DNA of 64,000 bases from Dehalococcoidia bacterium (lineage in GTDB: Bacteria > Chloroflexota > Dehalococcoidia > Bin125), in NCBI GenBank assembly GCA_965215375.1, contig CBDCDO010000001.1, positions 146,736-210,735 of the forward strand, in the 5' to 3' direction. Every line of letters begins with the position of its first letter. The stretch's first letter is position 1. The translations under genes and the position numbers were made by a program. This document shows, piece after piece, positions 28,400 to 37,262 of this stretch. The notes under the pieces are model-generated. The model had not been told where the DNA came from, ran no database searches, and saw only the letters and a program-made list of their open reading frames with translations.

Positions 28400-28663
28400 A
28401 TGGTCACCGTCCTCATTCCTCAGCCGCTCAGGACCCTTACCGATGGTGAGGCGGTCCTGACGGCTGACGGACATAACATCCGGGCAGTCATCCGAGACCT
28501 GAAGCTGCGCTACCCCGAGCTCGCGGATCGTCTGGTTGAGAACGGGCGGATCGGTCGCGGGCTGTCGCTAGCGATCAACGGGGACGTAGTGTCGACAGGT
28601 CTGATCACCAAGGTGCCAGAGGGAGCAGAGATCGCAGTGGTGCCACAGATCAGCGGCGGCTGA
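28400..28663 (+). CDS. MoaD/ThiS-family ubiquitin-like small protein
   Basis: 87 aa with a beta-grasp-like pattern, ending in the C-terminal diglycine ...VVPQISGG. Confidence 0.7.
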   Translation: MVTVLIPQPLRTLTDGEAVLTADGHNIRAVIRDLKLRYPELADRLVENGRIGRGLSLAINGDVVSTGLITKVPEGAEIAVVPQISGG

Positions 28664-28667
28664 TCGG

Positions 28668-28997
28668 TTAGAGGTCCAGGAACAGGCGGAGTGACTGATT
28701 CAGGCGTCGGGTTTCACTTGGCCCGAGCATCCCAATCTGCGTCCGCAGCCGGTTCCTGTGTACGGTCTGGATTTTGTCGACCATGATCTCGGACGGTTCT
28801 TCGATCCCGTTTTGTTCACTAGGGATAACAATCACTCTGGTGAACGTTGGTTCGTCATACAGACGGGTGAGTCCACATATGGTTACAGACTTGCTCGGGT
28901 CGGGAAGGTCTCTCTGAACAACAACGACGGGACGAGGCTTGCTCATGTAGTCGCCTCCGCCAGCTGCTGTCCAGATTTCCCCTCGCCTCATGCTCAT
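28668..28997 (-). CDS. PemK/MazF-family toxin
   Basis: RRGEIWTA...KPRPVVVVQ...ICGLT...IMVDKIQTV pattern. Its ATG overlaps the stop of the upstream antitoxin gene (ATGA). Confidence 0.8.
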   Translation of the reverse strand: MSMRRGEIWTAAGGGDYMSKPRPVVVVQRDLPDPSKSVTICGLTRLYDEPTFTRVIVIPSEQNGIEEPSEIMVDKIQTVHRNRLRTQIGMLGPSETRRLNQSLRLFLDL

Positions 28998-29377
28998 TCC
29001 TGGTCGTCAACTGGTTCCGCCAGAGCATCCATCCAAGCTTGATCTTCTTGCTCAGTTGGGCGTCGAGATAGCGTGTCGAAGTGGCGGGCAAGTTCCTCTA
29101 CGAAATCAGGGGAACGCGGATCGGCATCCCAGATTGGCATCGAGTCCCACTCGCGGGCCAACTGTTCGGCGCTATGAGATTCAACCCAGGCCAAGGCGTC
29201 GCGCTCGTCCTTCGATGCTGCTATGAGCGCCGTTGTCTGGCGGTGCGCCTCGTCGGCGAAGTGTTCTGAGCCGAGGGGAGGAAGCCACAGCACCACAGGA
29301 AAGAAGCCCTGATCTCGGTACGAGCAGACCTCGTCCTCCGACGGCAAATCCAATCTGGGACGTGGTTGTTCCGGCAT
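28994..29377 (-). CDS. MazE-like antitoxin (DUF3018-like) with internal duplication
   Basis: YRDQGFFPVVLWLPPLGSEHFADEAHRQTTALIAAS...ALAWVE resembles DUF3018. A second related segment, IWDADPRSPDFVEELARHF...QAWMDAL, follows. Confidence 0.55.
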   Translation of the reverse strand: MPEQPRPRLDLPSEDEVCSYRDQGFFPVVLWLPPLGSEHFADEAHRQTTALIAASKDERDALAWVESHSAEQLAREWDSMPIWDADPRSPDFVEELARHFDTLSRRPTEQEDQAWMDALAEPVDDQE

Positions 29378-29421
29378 CTGATCGTCTCCGTGGATTCACT
29401 TCTCTCAACTTTACATGCGCA

Positions 29422-30666
29422 CTACTGCCCACTTGCCGTCACCACCGCGATGGAGGCGGTGAAGCCGTGGAGGTAGTTTTGTCCTCCGACGGGGCCGATT
29501 TCTCCGTTGCAGAAGAAGCCAGCGGTGGGCACGGGACCGAAGACCTCGGCCAGAGCGGAAGCGTCGTGGTCGGGCTCGCCGAAGAGACCGCGTCCGCGCC
29601 CGTTGCAGGAACAGAGCAGTGCGCCGAGGACTTCTTCTCCAGGGCTCAAGGTCGAGCGCAGGTCGGTGAGACGAGTGCGAAGGTCGTCGTCGGCCGCTTG
29701 AGCGTCGCGGAACTGAAACTGGAAGGTCTGGCCGACTCGCGGGATGGCGTTGATGGCGATGGTTCCAGCATCTCGGTCGGCACCCATGACGTTGCGGATC
29801 AGGAAATCGCCGCGCTCGTGGGACTCCCGGTACTCGTCCATGGCCAAACCGACCAGCAGATTTTGCGCTGCACGGACGCGGGTCGCCTCGTCGAGCTCCG
29901 CGAAGGTCTCTTGTAAGACTTCCAACGCCGGTCGTGAACCGAGCGTCTTGATGATGTTGGTCTCACACTCGGTCACAATCCATGGCTGACCGAGCGGTTC
30001 CGCTCCCTGCGCGACGACTGGTCGGATTGACACCCCTTGGATGCCCATCATCGCCGCGCCGCCCATGAGGACCGCGTCGTCGATGAAGACGGCGCAGCCC
30101 TGCTGTTGGCGGTGGGAAGAAGCCATGCCGCCGAGCAGCGTGATTTCCGGTCGCAACTGTTCGAGATGCGAGACGAGCTGGTCGGTCATGATCGAGAACG
30201 GATTGCTAAACAGGAGCCAGACATCGGGGCCGTCCTGGACTGGCGCGAAGAGGTCATCGGTCATGGATTGTGGGTCGATCGCGATCGGCGTGAACTCCGC
30301 GTTGGGCAAGGTGAGGGCGAGGACGGCGATCGCCGATCCCTCTTCGGCTTCGAGGGACGAGCCGATCACGCTTTGGCCCGATGCGCCAATGAGGTGTCGA
30401 GCGCCGGTTCGCTCTTTGAGGCGCGTCACAATCTCTGCGTAGTGGCCGGTGAAGCGCGAGTCGACGAAGACCATCAGGAGGTCGGGCGTTGTCGGCAGGT
30501 CGACGCCGCGCAGTGCTGTTTCGCAAGCCGTCTCCCATTCCCCCTCGAACCCGACGGCCGCTGAGGCGCTGGTGTCGGTGATTTGGACGGTGGCTTGTCC
30601 TGGTCCGCTGGAGCGACGGCTCGAGCGCTGACTTGCAGTGTCAGATGTTTCAGAATGCTTACTCAT
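29422..30666 (-). CDS. FIST N/C domain sensor-like protein
   Basis: The C-terminal GFFCNGEIGPVGGQNYLHGFTASIAVV is the typical FIST_C ending. Confidence 0.75.
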   Translation of the reverse strand: MSKHSETSDTASQRSSRRSSGPGQATVQITDTSASAAVGFEGEWETACETALRGVDLPTTPDLLMVFVDSRFTGHYAEIVTRLKERTGARHLIGASGQSVIGSSLEAEEGSAIAVLALTLPNAEFTPIAIDPQSMTDDLFAPVQDGPDVWLLFSNPFSIMTDQLVSHLEQLRPEITLLGGMASSHRQQQGCAVFIDDAVLMGGAAMMGIQGVSIRPVVAQGAEPLGQPWIVTECETNIIKTLGSRPALEVLQETFAELDEATRVRAAQNLLVGLAMDEYRESHERGDFLIRNVMGADRDAGTIAINAIPRVGQTFQFQFRDAQAADDDLRTRLTDLRSTLSPGEEVLGALLCSCNGRGRGLFGEPDHDASALAEVFGPVPTAGFFCNGEIGPVGGQNYLHGFTASIAVVTASGQ

Positions 30667-30721
30667 TTGAGCCGTTCCTTCGCGATACTAGGGTGAGCAA
30701 TGCAAAGGGTAACCTGCACGA

Positions 30722-31720
30722 ATGCCACACATGAATGGTTCCACACAACACACTGACACATCTGCATTACTCGAGTCGATTGACCTCGGCGAGGACGAGA
30801 TTGCAGAATTCGCGGAAACGGCCCGATCGCTCGCGCAGCGTGGCGGCGACATTCTCATGGATCGCTTTCACGCCACGATTGAGATCTCGTTCAAAGGCCA
30901 GAATGCGCACGATCCGGTCACAGAAGTCGACCACGCGATCGAGGATCTCATCCGAGACGAAGTGCATCGTCGATATCCGGCGCACGGCGTGCTCGGCGAA
31001 GAGCGCGAGAATGGCGGACCAAGCGACGCGGACGTGGTCTGGGTGATCGATCCGCTGGATGGTACATCGAACTTTATCAATGGCATCGGGATGTTTGCCT
31101 GCTCGATTGGCATTCTGTTCCGCGGTGTGCCTGTCGCGGGCGCGATGTGGCTGCCGACGAATCGATTTCTCGCCCCCGGCGTGTATCACGCGCGTGCCGG
31201 TCACGGATTGATGTTCAACGATGACGAGGTCGACTGCGGCGCACCGTCACTCCAGGCGGCGTCACGACTGAGTACCGTGCCAGCGGGCACTGGTGGCGTG
31301 ACCGGTCCGGCCGGCCGACGATTTGGGATTGCGCGAACGTTTGGCTCCACAGCGACCGAGCTCGCGCTCGCGGCCGAGGGGTCGGTGCAGATGGCGCTCT
31401 TCGATAGCTCGAGGATCTGGGACGTCGCAGGAGGCGTGTCGCTCTGCTTGTCGGCAGGTCGAGTGGTCTACACGAAGTCCAGGAGTAGCGACTCTGGGTG
31501 GCGACCGTTCACGAAGTTCTGCGAGCGGGTCGACGGACCGATCACGATGACTCGGCTCCGCGCGTGGCGCGATCCGCTCGTGGCGGGAGACGCGACGGTC
31601 CTGCCTGAGTCGGCGCGAGACCTCAAGCGAGAACAGACAATGGCAGCGACGGCCAAGCGCGCAGCAGTGAAGAGCGTGAAGCGCGCATTTCCGAATCTGC
31701 CGTTGCCGTCGTATCCGTAG
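30722..31720 (+). CDS. inositol monophosphatase family protein
   Basis: WVIDPLDGTSNF motif and the upstream GEE region. Confidence 0.85.
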   Translation: MPHMNGSTQHTDTSALLESIDLGEDEIAEFAETARSLAQRGGDILMDRFHATIEISFKGQNAHDPVTEVDHAIEDLIRDEVHRRYPAHGVLGEERENGGPSDADVVWVIDPLDGTSNFINGIGMFACSIGILFRGVPVAGAMWLPTNRFLAPGVYHARAGHGLMFNDDEVDCGAPSLQAASRLSTVPAGTGGVTGPAGRRFGIARTFGSTATELALAAEGSVQMALFDSSRIWDVAGGVSLCLSAGRVVYTKSRSSDSGWRPFTKFCERVDGPITMTRLRAWRDPLVAGDATVLPESARDLKREQTMAATAKRAAVKSVKRAFPNLPLPSYP

Positions 31721-31834
31721 GGCGGCAGTCCTCTTGCGCTACGAGGGTGCGTGAGCTTGCGCTCGCTGCGTCCGGCAGTGGCTGGGGCTCAGTCGATGTG
31801 CTTGCGGCAGCACGTCAGCCATGCCGAACGGATC

Positions 31835-31867
31835 GAAATTCCCGCGGCTCTGCCGCGGGAATGACGG
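31835..31867. repeat. REP-like palindrome, same family as 12621..13016
   Basis: gaaattcccgcggctctgccgcgggaatgacgg, in the gap between convergent genes. Confidence 0.7.
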
Positions 31868-31885
31868 GGGTTGGTGCGATGCTAG

Positions 31886-32809
31886 TCAGGCGTGGACGAC
31901 GGGGAGTACTTCGTCGAAGAGGCGCTGCGACTGGTACATGATCGCGTCGTCGCCTCGAGCCATGGGCCGCATGATGAACTTGCTCACGCCGGCCGATCGG
32001 TACTCGTTGACCCGCTTGAGGATCTCTTCGGCGTCGCCGACCGCGAAGTAGGTATCGGGGTCGACCTCCGTCAAGCGCGCTTTGATGCCTCGGATTGTGG
32101 CCTGGACATCTGGGTCGTCCCACGAGCCGAAGTGATAGCCGAATCCGGCACCGAAATGGTCGGGCTCGTAGTCGGTTCGACCGGCTTCGGCCAGCGCGGC
32201 GCGGATTTGGTGGATGATCGGCCCGATCTCGGGAGCGGACTGTACGCCTGCGACCCAACCGGTGCCGATGCGCGCGGTGCGACGGATGGCTGCCTTGCTG
32301 TGCCCACCGATCCAAAGCGGCAGCGGACTCTGTACCGGTCGGGGCGAGATTGTGGCGTTGTCGTAGGTGAAGTGTTCGCCGTGGTACGTGAACGATTCCT
32401 CGTTCCACAGCCCGTGGATGATGTCCAGCATCTCGTCGGCGATCGGGGCGCGGCCTCGAAGCTGACGATGGGTGACGTTCCACTCGGGCGCGAATCCGCC
32501 ACCGACGCCAAATGCGGGCAGCATGCGGCCGTTCGAGAGGAAGTCGATCGTGGCGCATTGCTTGGCCAGGACGAGCGGGTCGCGGAAACCGACGACGACG
32601 ACATTCATCCCAAACTTCAGCTTCTCGGTGCGCGCGGCGAGCGCGGCCATGAAGGTCATTGACTCCAAGATCGGCTCGCGAGAGATGAGTCGGTCGGTCT
32701 GCCAGATGGAGTCGACGTTGTTCTCTTCGCAGAGGTCGATCCAACGCCACATGGTGTCAACGTCGGAGAAGGGGAAGTTGGCGAGTCCCATTCCGATGCG
32801 GTCGCTCAT
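31886..32809 (-). CDS. LLM-class F420-dependent oxidoreductase
   Basis: Luciferase-like pattern (VDSIWQTDRL..., FGVGGGF). Confidence 0.85.
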   Translation of the reverse strand: MSDRIGMGLANFPFSDVDTMWRWIDLCEENNVDSIWQTDRLISREPILESMTFMAALAARTEKLKFGMNVVVVGFRDPLVLAKQCATIDFLSNGRMLPAFGVGGGFAPEWNVTHRQLRGRAPIADEMLDIIHGLWNEESFTYHGEHFTYDNATISPRPVQSPLPLWIGGHSKAAIRRTARIGTGWVAGVQSAPEIGPIIHQIRAALAEAGRTDYEPDHFGAGFGYHFGSWDDPDVQATIRGIKARLTEVDPDTYFAVGDAEEILKRVNEYRSAGVSKFIMRPMARGDDAIMYQSQRLFDEVLPVVHA

Positions 32810-32837
32810 GGTTGGTTCCTCCAGATGCTGAGACTGT

Positions 32838-33485
32838 CTATGGCTTCAGACTAAACGGTGGGTAGCGGTCGGTGATCAGCAGGAATCCATACGCGGAGAT
32901 GCGCAGGATCCATCGGTTCACGCCGACGACATAGTCGAAGAGTAGCGGTGGGTAGCGTCCGCGGATGAGAATGGCGAACCAAGCGAGGATCAGCGCAAAG
33001 ACCCAGCCGATCAGGAGGAACACCATGGCGATGTAGTGCGGAATGAGGAGTATCCACTTGACGATGGGAAGCACCGGGTGGAGCTGTGCAGCGTCGGGAT
33101 AGTCGAGCTCGAGATGGACGTCCTGCTCTTCGTCGGTCGAGGGGTACTTGTCCGTAAGGAGGTCGAAGTACGCCGAGATGCGGAACTGGAAGCGGGTCAG
33201 CTCGAGGAGGAAGTCGAACCACCAACGAGGGTACTTTCGCCGAAAGAGGATCATCAGGATTAGCGGGAGGAAAAAGGCGGCGCCAACGAATCCGCCAGAG
33301 GCGTCACCGTCGATGATCCCCTCGGCAGCGAGTGAGACCGCCACAATCGGCGCGACCGGGATCAGCGCTTGGATGATGACGATGGGGATGATGAACGGAA
33401 TGCGGAGGAACGTGGTCAGTCGGTCGAGGGATTCGGGATAGTCGATCTCGATTCGGGCAGGGTACTGGTCTGTCGGCCGTTCCAT
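32838..33485 (-). CDS. DUF4389-like membrane protein
   Basis: ARIEIDYPESLDRLTTFLRIPFIIPIVII and a second YPP...RISAY half. Start chosen at ATG 33485, which follows ggagga. Confidence 0.6.
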   Translation of the reverse strand: MERPTDQYPARIEIDYPESLDRLTTFLRIPFIIPIVIIQALIPVAPIVAVSLAAEGIIDGDASGGFVGAAFFLPLILMILFRRKYPRWWFDFLLELTRFQFRISAYFDLLTDKYPSTDEEQDVHLELDYPDAAQLHPVLPIVKWILLIPHYIAMVFLLIGWVFALILAWFAILIRGRYPPLLFDYVVGVNRWILRISAYGFLLITDRYPPFSLKP

Positions 33486-33543
33486 CGCATTCCTCCGAAT
33501 CATGTATGCGGTCAGCCTACCGTTTCACAAGTCGTCGTCAGCT

Positions 33544-33936
33544 CTAGAAGCGAATAATCCGCATGAGTTGAAGTCGCCACGAGTGCTCCGATGTGGGACA
33601 GTGAAGAAACGGCATCGCTCGCTCGATGACTTGGGACAGCTCTTCTGCCGTGAGCCGTCCGAGCTCTCGCTTCAGCCTCGTGAGTCTTACGGCCTGCAGC
33701 TTGTTGATCATGAGCCAGCTCTTTGTCATCAGTCCATTCAGTGGCGAATCTTCGAATGGCATTCGGATGAGCGGGTCAAGGTCTGAGCTCGAGTTCGTGG
33801 TGAGTGGAACCACCACGATCGAGTCCAGGTCTTGGAATTCGTCGTTCTGAAGGACTAGTACCGGACGACCCTTTCCGGGATAGCCTCCACCTCCTTGGGC
33901 GTACCAGATCTGACCGCAACGAGGCTCCATCTTCAC
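33544..33936 (-). CDS. PemK/MazF-family toxin (second copy)
   Basis: CGQIWYA...GRPVLVLQND...VVVPLTT...MINKLQAV pattern. Confidence 0.75.
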   Translation of the reverse strand: MKMEPRCGQIWYAQGGGGYPGKGRPVLVLQNDEFQDLDSIVVVPLTTNSSSDLDPLIRMPFEDSPLNGLMTKSWLMINKLQAVRLTRLKRELGRLTAEELSQVIERAMPFLHCPTSEHSWRLQLMRIIRF

Positions 33937-33939
33937 GGG

Positions 33940-34146
33940 CTAGTCCTGATGCAGACTTTCCATGAAGGCGATGTCATCCGCCTCGCCGGGGCTCTGGGCA
34001 ATCAGTGCGGTTTGGCGACGCATCTCTTGCTCCCACTCGCGAGTGCCGGGCTTGGGCAGTCGTGGATCGCTGGGCTTGCGACGAAACAGACTTGGCAGTC
34101 GGAATCGTCGTCGGACGGGTTGTGCGAGGTCTGCGATGGAAGTCAT
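33940..34146 (-). CDS. MazE-like (DUF3018-like) antitoxin
   Basis: REWEQEMRRQTALIAQSPGEADDIAFMESL resembles the antitoxin at 28994..29377. Ends 3 nt before the toxin ATG. Confidence 0.55.
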   Translation of the reverse strand: MTSIADLAQPVRRRFRLPSLFRRKPSDPRLPKPGTREWEQEMRRQTALIAQSPGEADDIAFMESLHQD

Positions 34147-34190
34147 TGGATCGCTCCGATTCCCCGATCATATCGCGATGGCGCGCCAGA

Positions 34191-34718
34191 CTAGGGCCGC
34201 AGCGGACGTTGCCAGATGCCGACGTCCCAGTATTGGTCGAACTTTCGACCGCACTCTTTCCATACGCCGGAGAGGGTGTAGCCAACCCTCTCGGTCATCG
34301 CGACGGAGGCGTCGTTGGGGAGGGTGATCAGGGCGAAGAGCTGGTGGAGATCGTCAACCTGGAGCAGCTCCTCGTAGAGGGCGTGCCAGAGCCGCGTGCC
34401 GAGACCTCGGCGGACTTCGCCGGGGAGGAGGTACACGCTCGTGGCGACGCTGCTGTCGTAGGCGGCCTTGGGATAGAGCGCGCTGGAGTAGGAGTGTCCA
34501 ACGATGCGACCGTCGGGCTCGACCGCGACCATGACTCGATAGGGGCCGGAATCTGAGTACTTGGAGAACCACTCGCGCTTGGCCTCGACGGTGTGAGGCT
34601 CGGTGTCGAATGTGGCAGAACTGGTGAGAATGTAGTGGTTGTAGAGATCGGCGAGCTGCGGCACGTCGTCGGGCACGGCAGGACGGATGGTGAGGTTGTC
34701 GGTCATGGAATCGTCCAT
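34191..34718 (-). CDS. GNAT N-acetyltransferase (phosphinothricin-acetyltransferase-like)
   Basis: IRPAVPDD...IYNHYILTSSATFDTEP...SVYLLPGEVRRGLGTRL...KFDQYWDVGIWQ. Confidence 0.85.
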   Translation of the reverse strand: MDDSMTDNLTIRPAVPDDVPQLADLYNHYILTSSATFDTEPHTVEAKREWFSKYSDSGPYRVMVAVEPDGRIVGHSYSSALYPKAAYDSSVATSVYLLPGEVRRGLGTRLWHALYEELLQVDDLHQLFALITLPNDASVAMTERVGYTLSGVWKECGRKFDQYWDVGIWQRPLRP

Positions 34719-34787
34719 CGCTGGTTAAACGCGAAACGGCGGACCGTGAGGTCCGCCGTCAGCGTATGCGAAACGATTGCGGCCGAG

Positions 34788-35696
34788 TTAGCCGCCGACC
34801 ACGTTGCCGGCTTCGATTGCCGGTCGGAAGACGCGTTCCATCTCTTCGGCGGCGCGCTCGACGGTCCACATTTCGGTACCGCTGAGCTCGCGGATCAGCT
34901 TGTACTGGCTGTAGAGGCCGATGTCGAAGCCCATTGCGCGGATGACTTGGCCGTTCATCCAGTCCGAATGCTCGGACGCCATGTAGACGATCGGCACTGC
35001 GACGTTCGCTGGCGAGCGACGCGGGTCCACGATGGCCTCGGAGTCTTCGTCGAAACCGCGGCTGCGGCGCTCTTGCGGCACGGTGTCGGTCATTCGCGTG
35101 GATGCGCCGGGGCCGATCGCGTTGGCGGTGACGCCATAGCGTCCGAGCGCGTTGGCGCAGCTATAGGTGAATCCGACGATGCCGAGCTTCGCGGCGGCGT
35201 AGTTGGGCTGTCCCGGTGCGCCGTGAAGGCCGGAGCCTGAGGTGAAGTTGATTAGTCGGTAGTGACCCTCGCGACTGGCGCGCCAGTAGATCGAGGCGTA
35301 CTTGGACGTGTTGAAGGTGCCCTTCATGTGCACCGCGACGACGGCGTCCCATTCCTCTTCGGTCATGTTGAAGACCATGCGGTCGCGCAGGTTGCCAGCG
35401 ACATTGACGAGGATGTCGAGGCGACCGTACTCGTCGAGCGCCTGCTGGATGATGCCTTCGGCACCGTCGTAGTCGGCGACCGAGGTGTAGTTGGCGACTG
35501 CGTTGCCGCCGGCGTCGCGGATCGCGGCGACGGTGTCGTCGGCCGGGCCGGATTCGGCGCCGGAGCCATCGACGGCACCGCCGAGGTCGTTGACGACCAC
35601 GTTGGCGCCATTGGCTGCGAATAGCTGGGCGACTTCGGAGCCGATCCCTCGGCCAGCGCCGGTCACGATTGCGACACGATTGTCAAGCATTCCCAT
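34788..35696 (-). CDS. SDR-family oxidoreductase
   Basis: TGAGRGIG cofactor motif and the YAAAKLG catalytic motif. Confidence 0.85.
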   Translation of the reverse strand: MGMLDNRVAIVTGAGRGIGSEVAQLFAANGANVVVNDLGGAVDGSGAESGPADDTVAAIRDAGGNAVANYTSVADYDGAEGIIQQALDEYGRLDILVNVAGNLRDRMVFNMTEEEWDAVVAVHMKGTFNTSKYASIYWRASREGHYRLINFTSGSGLHGAPGQPNYAAAKLGIVGFTYSCANALGRYGVTANAIGPGASTRMTDTVPQERRSRGFDEDSEAIVDPRRSPANVAVPIVYMASEHSDWMNGQVIRAMGFDIGLYSQYKLIRELSGTEMWTVERAAEEMERVFRPAIEAGNVVGG

Positions 35697-35868
35697 GGTG
35701 GTGTGTCCTTTCGTTGTTTCGACCTCCCCCCCTCCAGGGAGAGGTGTGATTCGGTGAAGCAGGCGGCGCGCGGGGATATGGTCGCGGCTCGTGCCCGCCC
35801 ATATGGGACCGTAGGAGTCCCACTCGGCCGCGTCGCGGCAGCTCCCTCAGACAGGGAGCTCGAAGCGG

Positions 35869-36774
35869 CTAGCCGAAGAATCCGCCACCGGTGACGGCGG
35901 GCTTGAACAGTTCTTCGATCTGGTTTGCCGCGCCCTCGGGGGTCCAGCGCTCGGTGCCGCGCACCTGGCGAATGACGGCCGGCTTGTTGAAGAGCTGCAG
36001 CTCGTAGCCGGACGCGCCGACGATTTGGCCCGTGAGCCAATCGGACTGCTCGGAGGCCATGTAGACCAGCGGCACGGCGACGTTGGCCGGCGAGCGCTGC
36101 GGGTCTTCCTCGGCGGAGTCGCCGACGTCGCTGCCAGCGCGGCGCCGATCTTCCGGCACGGTGTCGGTCATCCGAGTCGAGGCGCCGGGCGAGATCGCGT
36201 TGGCGGTCGCGCCGTAACGGCCGAGCGCGTTGGCGCAGCTATAGGTGAAGCCGACGATGCCCATCTTCGCCGCGGCGTAGTTGGGCTGACCGGGCGCGCC
36301 AAAGATGCCCGAAACCGACGAGAAGTTGATCAGTCGGTAGTGGCCCTTGCGCTCGGAGCGCCAGTGGATCGAGGCGTACTTGGTCAGGTTGAAGTGGCCT
36401 TTGAGGTGCACGTCGAGGACGGCGTCCCACTCCGCTTCGGTCATGTTGAAGATCATGCGGTCGCGGAGGATGCCGGCGGTGTTGACGACGATGTCGAGGT
36501 CGCCGAAGTTGTCGAGCGCGTCCTTGACGATGCCTTCAGCGGCGTCGTAGTCGGAGACGGAGGAGTAGTTGGCAACGGCTTCGCCACCGGCGTCGCGGAT
36601 AGCGGCGACGACCTCGTCGGCCGGTGTCGAGGCGGAGCCACTGCCGTCGACGGCGCCACCAAGGTCGTTGACGACGACTTTGGCGCCTTCAGAGGCGAAC
36701 AATCTGGCGGTCTCGGCACCGATTCCGCGTCCAGCGCCGGTGACGATTGCCACTCGGCCATCAAGCATTCCCAT
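35869..36774 (-). CDS. SDR-family oxidoreductase, tandem paralog of 34788..35696
   Basis: Same motifs (TGAGRGIG, YAAAKMG) and collinear similarity over the full length. Confidence 0.85.
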   Translation of the reverse strand: MGMLDGRVAIVTGAGRGIGAETARLFASEGAKVVVNDLGGAVDGSGSASTPADEVVAAIRDAGGEAVANYSSVSDYDAAEGIVKDALDNFGDLDIVVNTAGILRDRMIFNMTEAEWDAVLDVHLKGHFNLTKYASIHWRSERKGHYRLINFSSVSGIFGAPGQPNYAAAKMGIVGFTYSCANALGRYGATANAISPGASTRMTDTVPEDRRRAGSDVGDSAEEDPQRSPANVAVPLVYMASEQSDWLTGQIVGASGYELQLFNKPAVIRQVRGTERWTPEGAANQIEELFKPAVTGGGFFG

Positions 36775-36960
36775 GTGTGGTGTCCTCTCGGCCCGCGACG
36801 CTACATTAGGAGTCGTGCGGGAAATTTTTCACAGGTGGCCGTAGGTTATCACTGAGTCTCGATTGGTGACTATGGCGTGGTTTCTCGGGTGTGGGCGGAT
36901 GCGGGGGTCTGCTCGGGTCGGCGGTACGGATCAGCGTTGTGCGCTGGTTCTGAGCTCGGC

Positions 36961-37190
36961 GAGATACCCGCGGCGGAGCGGAGACCGTTGCATAATCTCT
37001 TTCCTCCCCCTGCAGGGGGAGGTGCCGAAGGCGGAGGGGGGGGTCTGCTCCGTCAAGCCCTATCTGCTACCTGCGCCAGCAGGACCCCCTTAGTCGCTCC
37101 GCGACAGCTCCCTCCCCGCCTACGCGAGGACAGGCTCTGCGAGGGGGAGCAAATTAATCGAAGGCCTCCGGCGGAGCGCGGGGATAACGG
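36961..37190. repeat. REP-like element split into two halves by an insertion
   Basis: The left half gagatacccgcggcggagcg and right half cggcggagcgcggggataacgg join to give gagatacccgcggcggagcgcggggataacgg. This is close to the intact copy at 12985..13016. Confidence 0.5.
36981..37168. mobile_element. about 188-bp MITE-like insert flanked by a 10-bp direct repeat
   Basis: The direct repeat cggcggagcg occurs at 36971..36980 and 37169..37178. The ends gagaccgttgcataatctc and gaggccttcgattaatttg (reverse complement) match at 12 of 19 positions. The interior contains the palindrome cctccccctgcagggggagg (37003..37022). Confidence 0.4.
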
Positions 37191-37262
37191 AATTGTTGGA
37201 GTGGAGGAGTGCAGGTGCGTCGGAACGCGGGTAGGACGGATCTGACTGGCGCTAGTTGTTCG

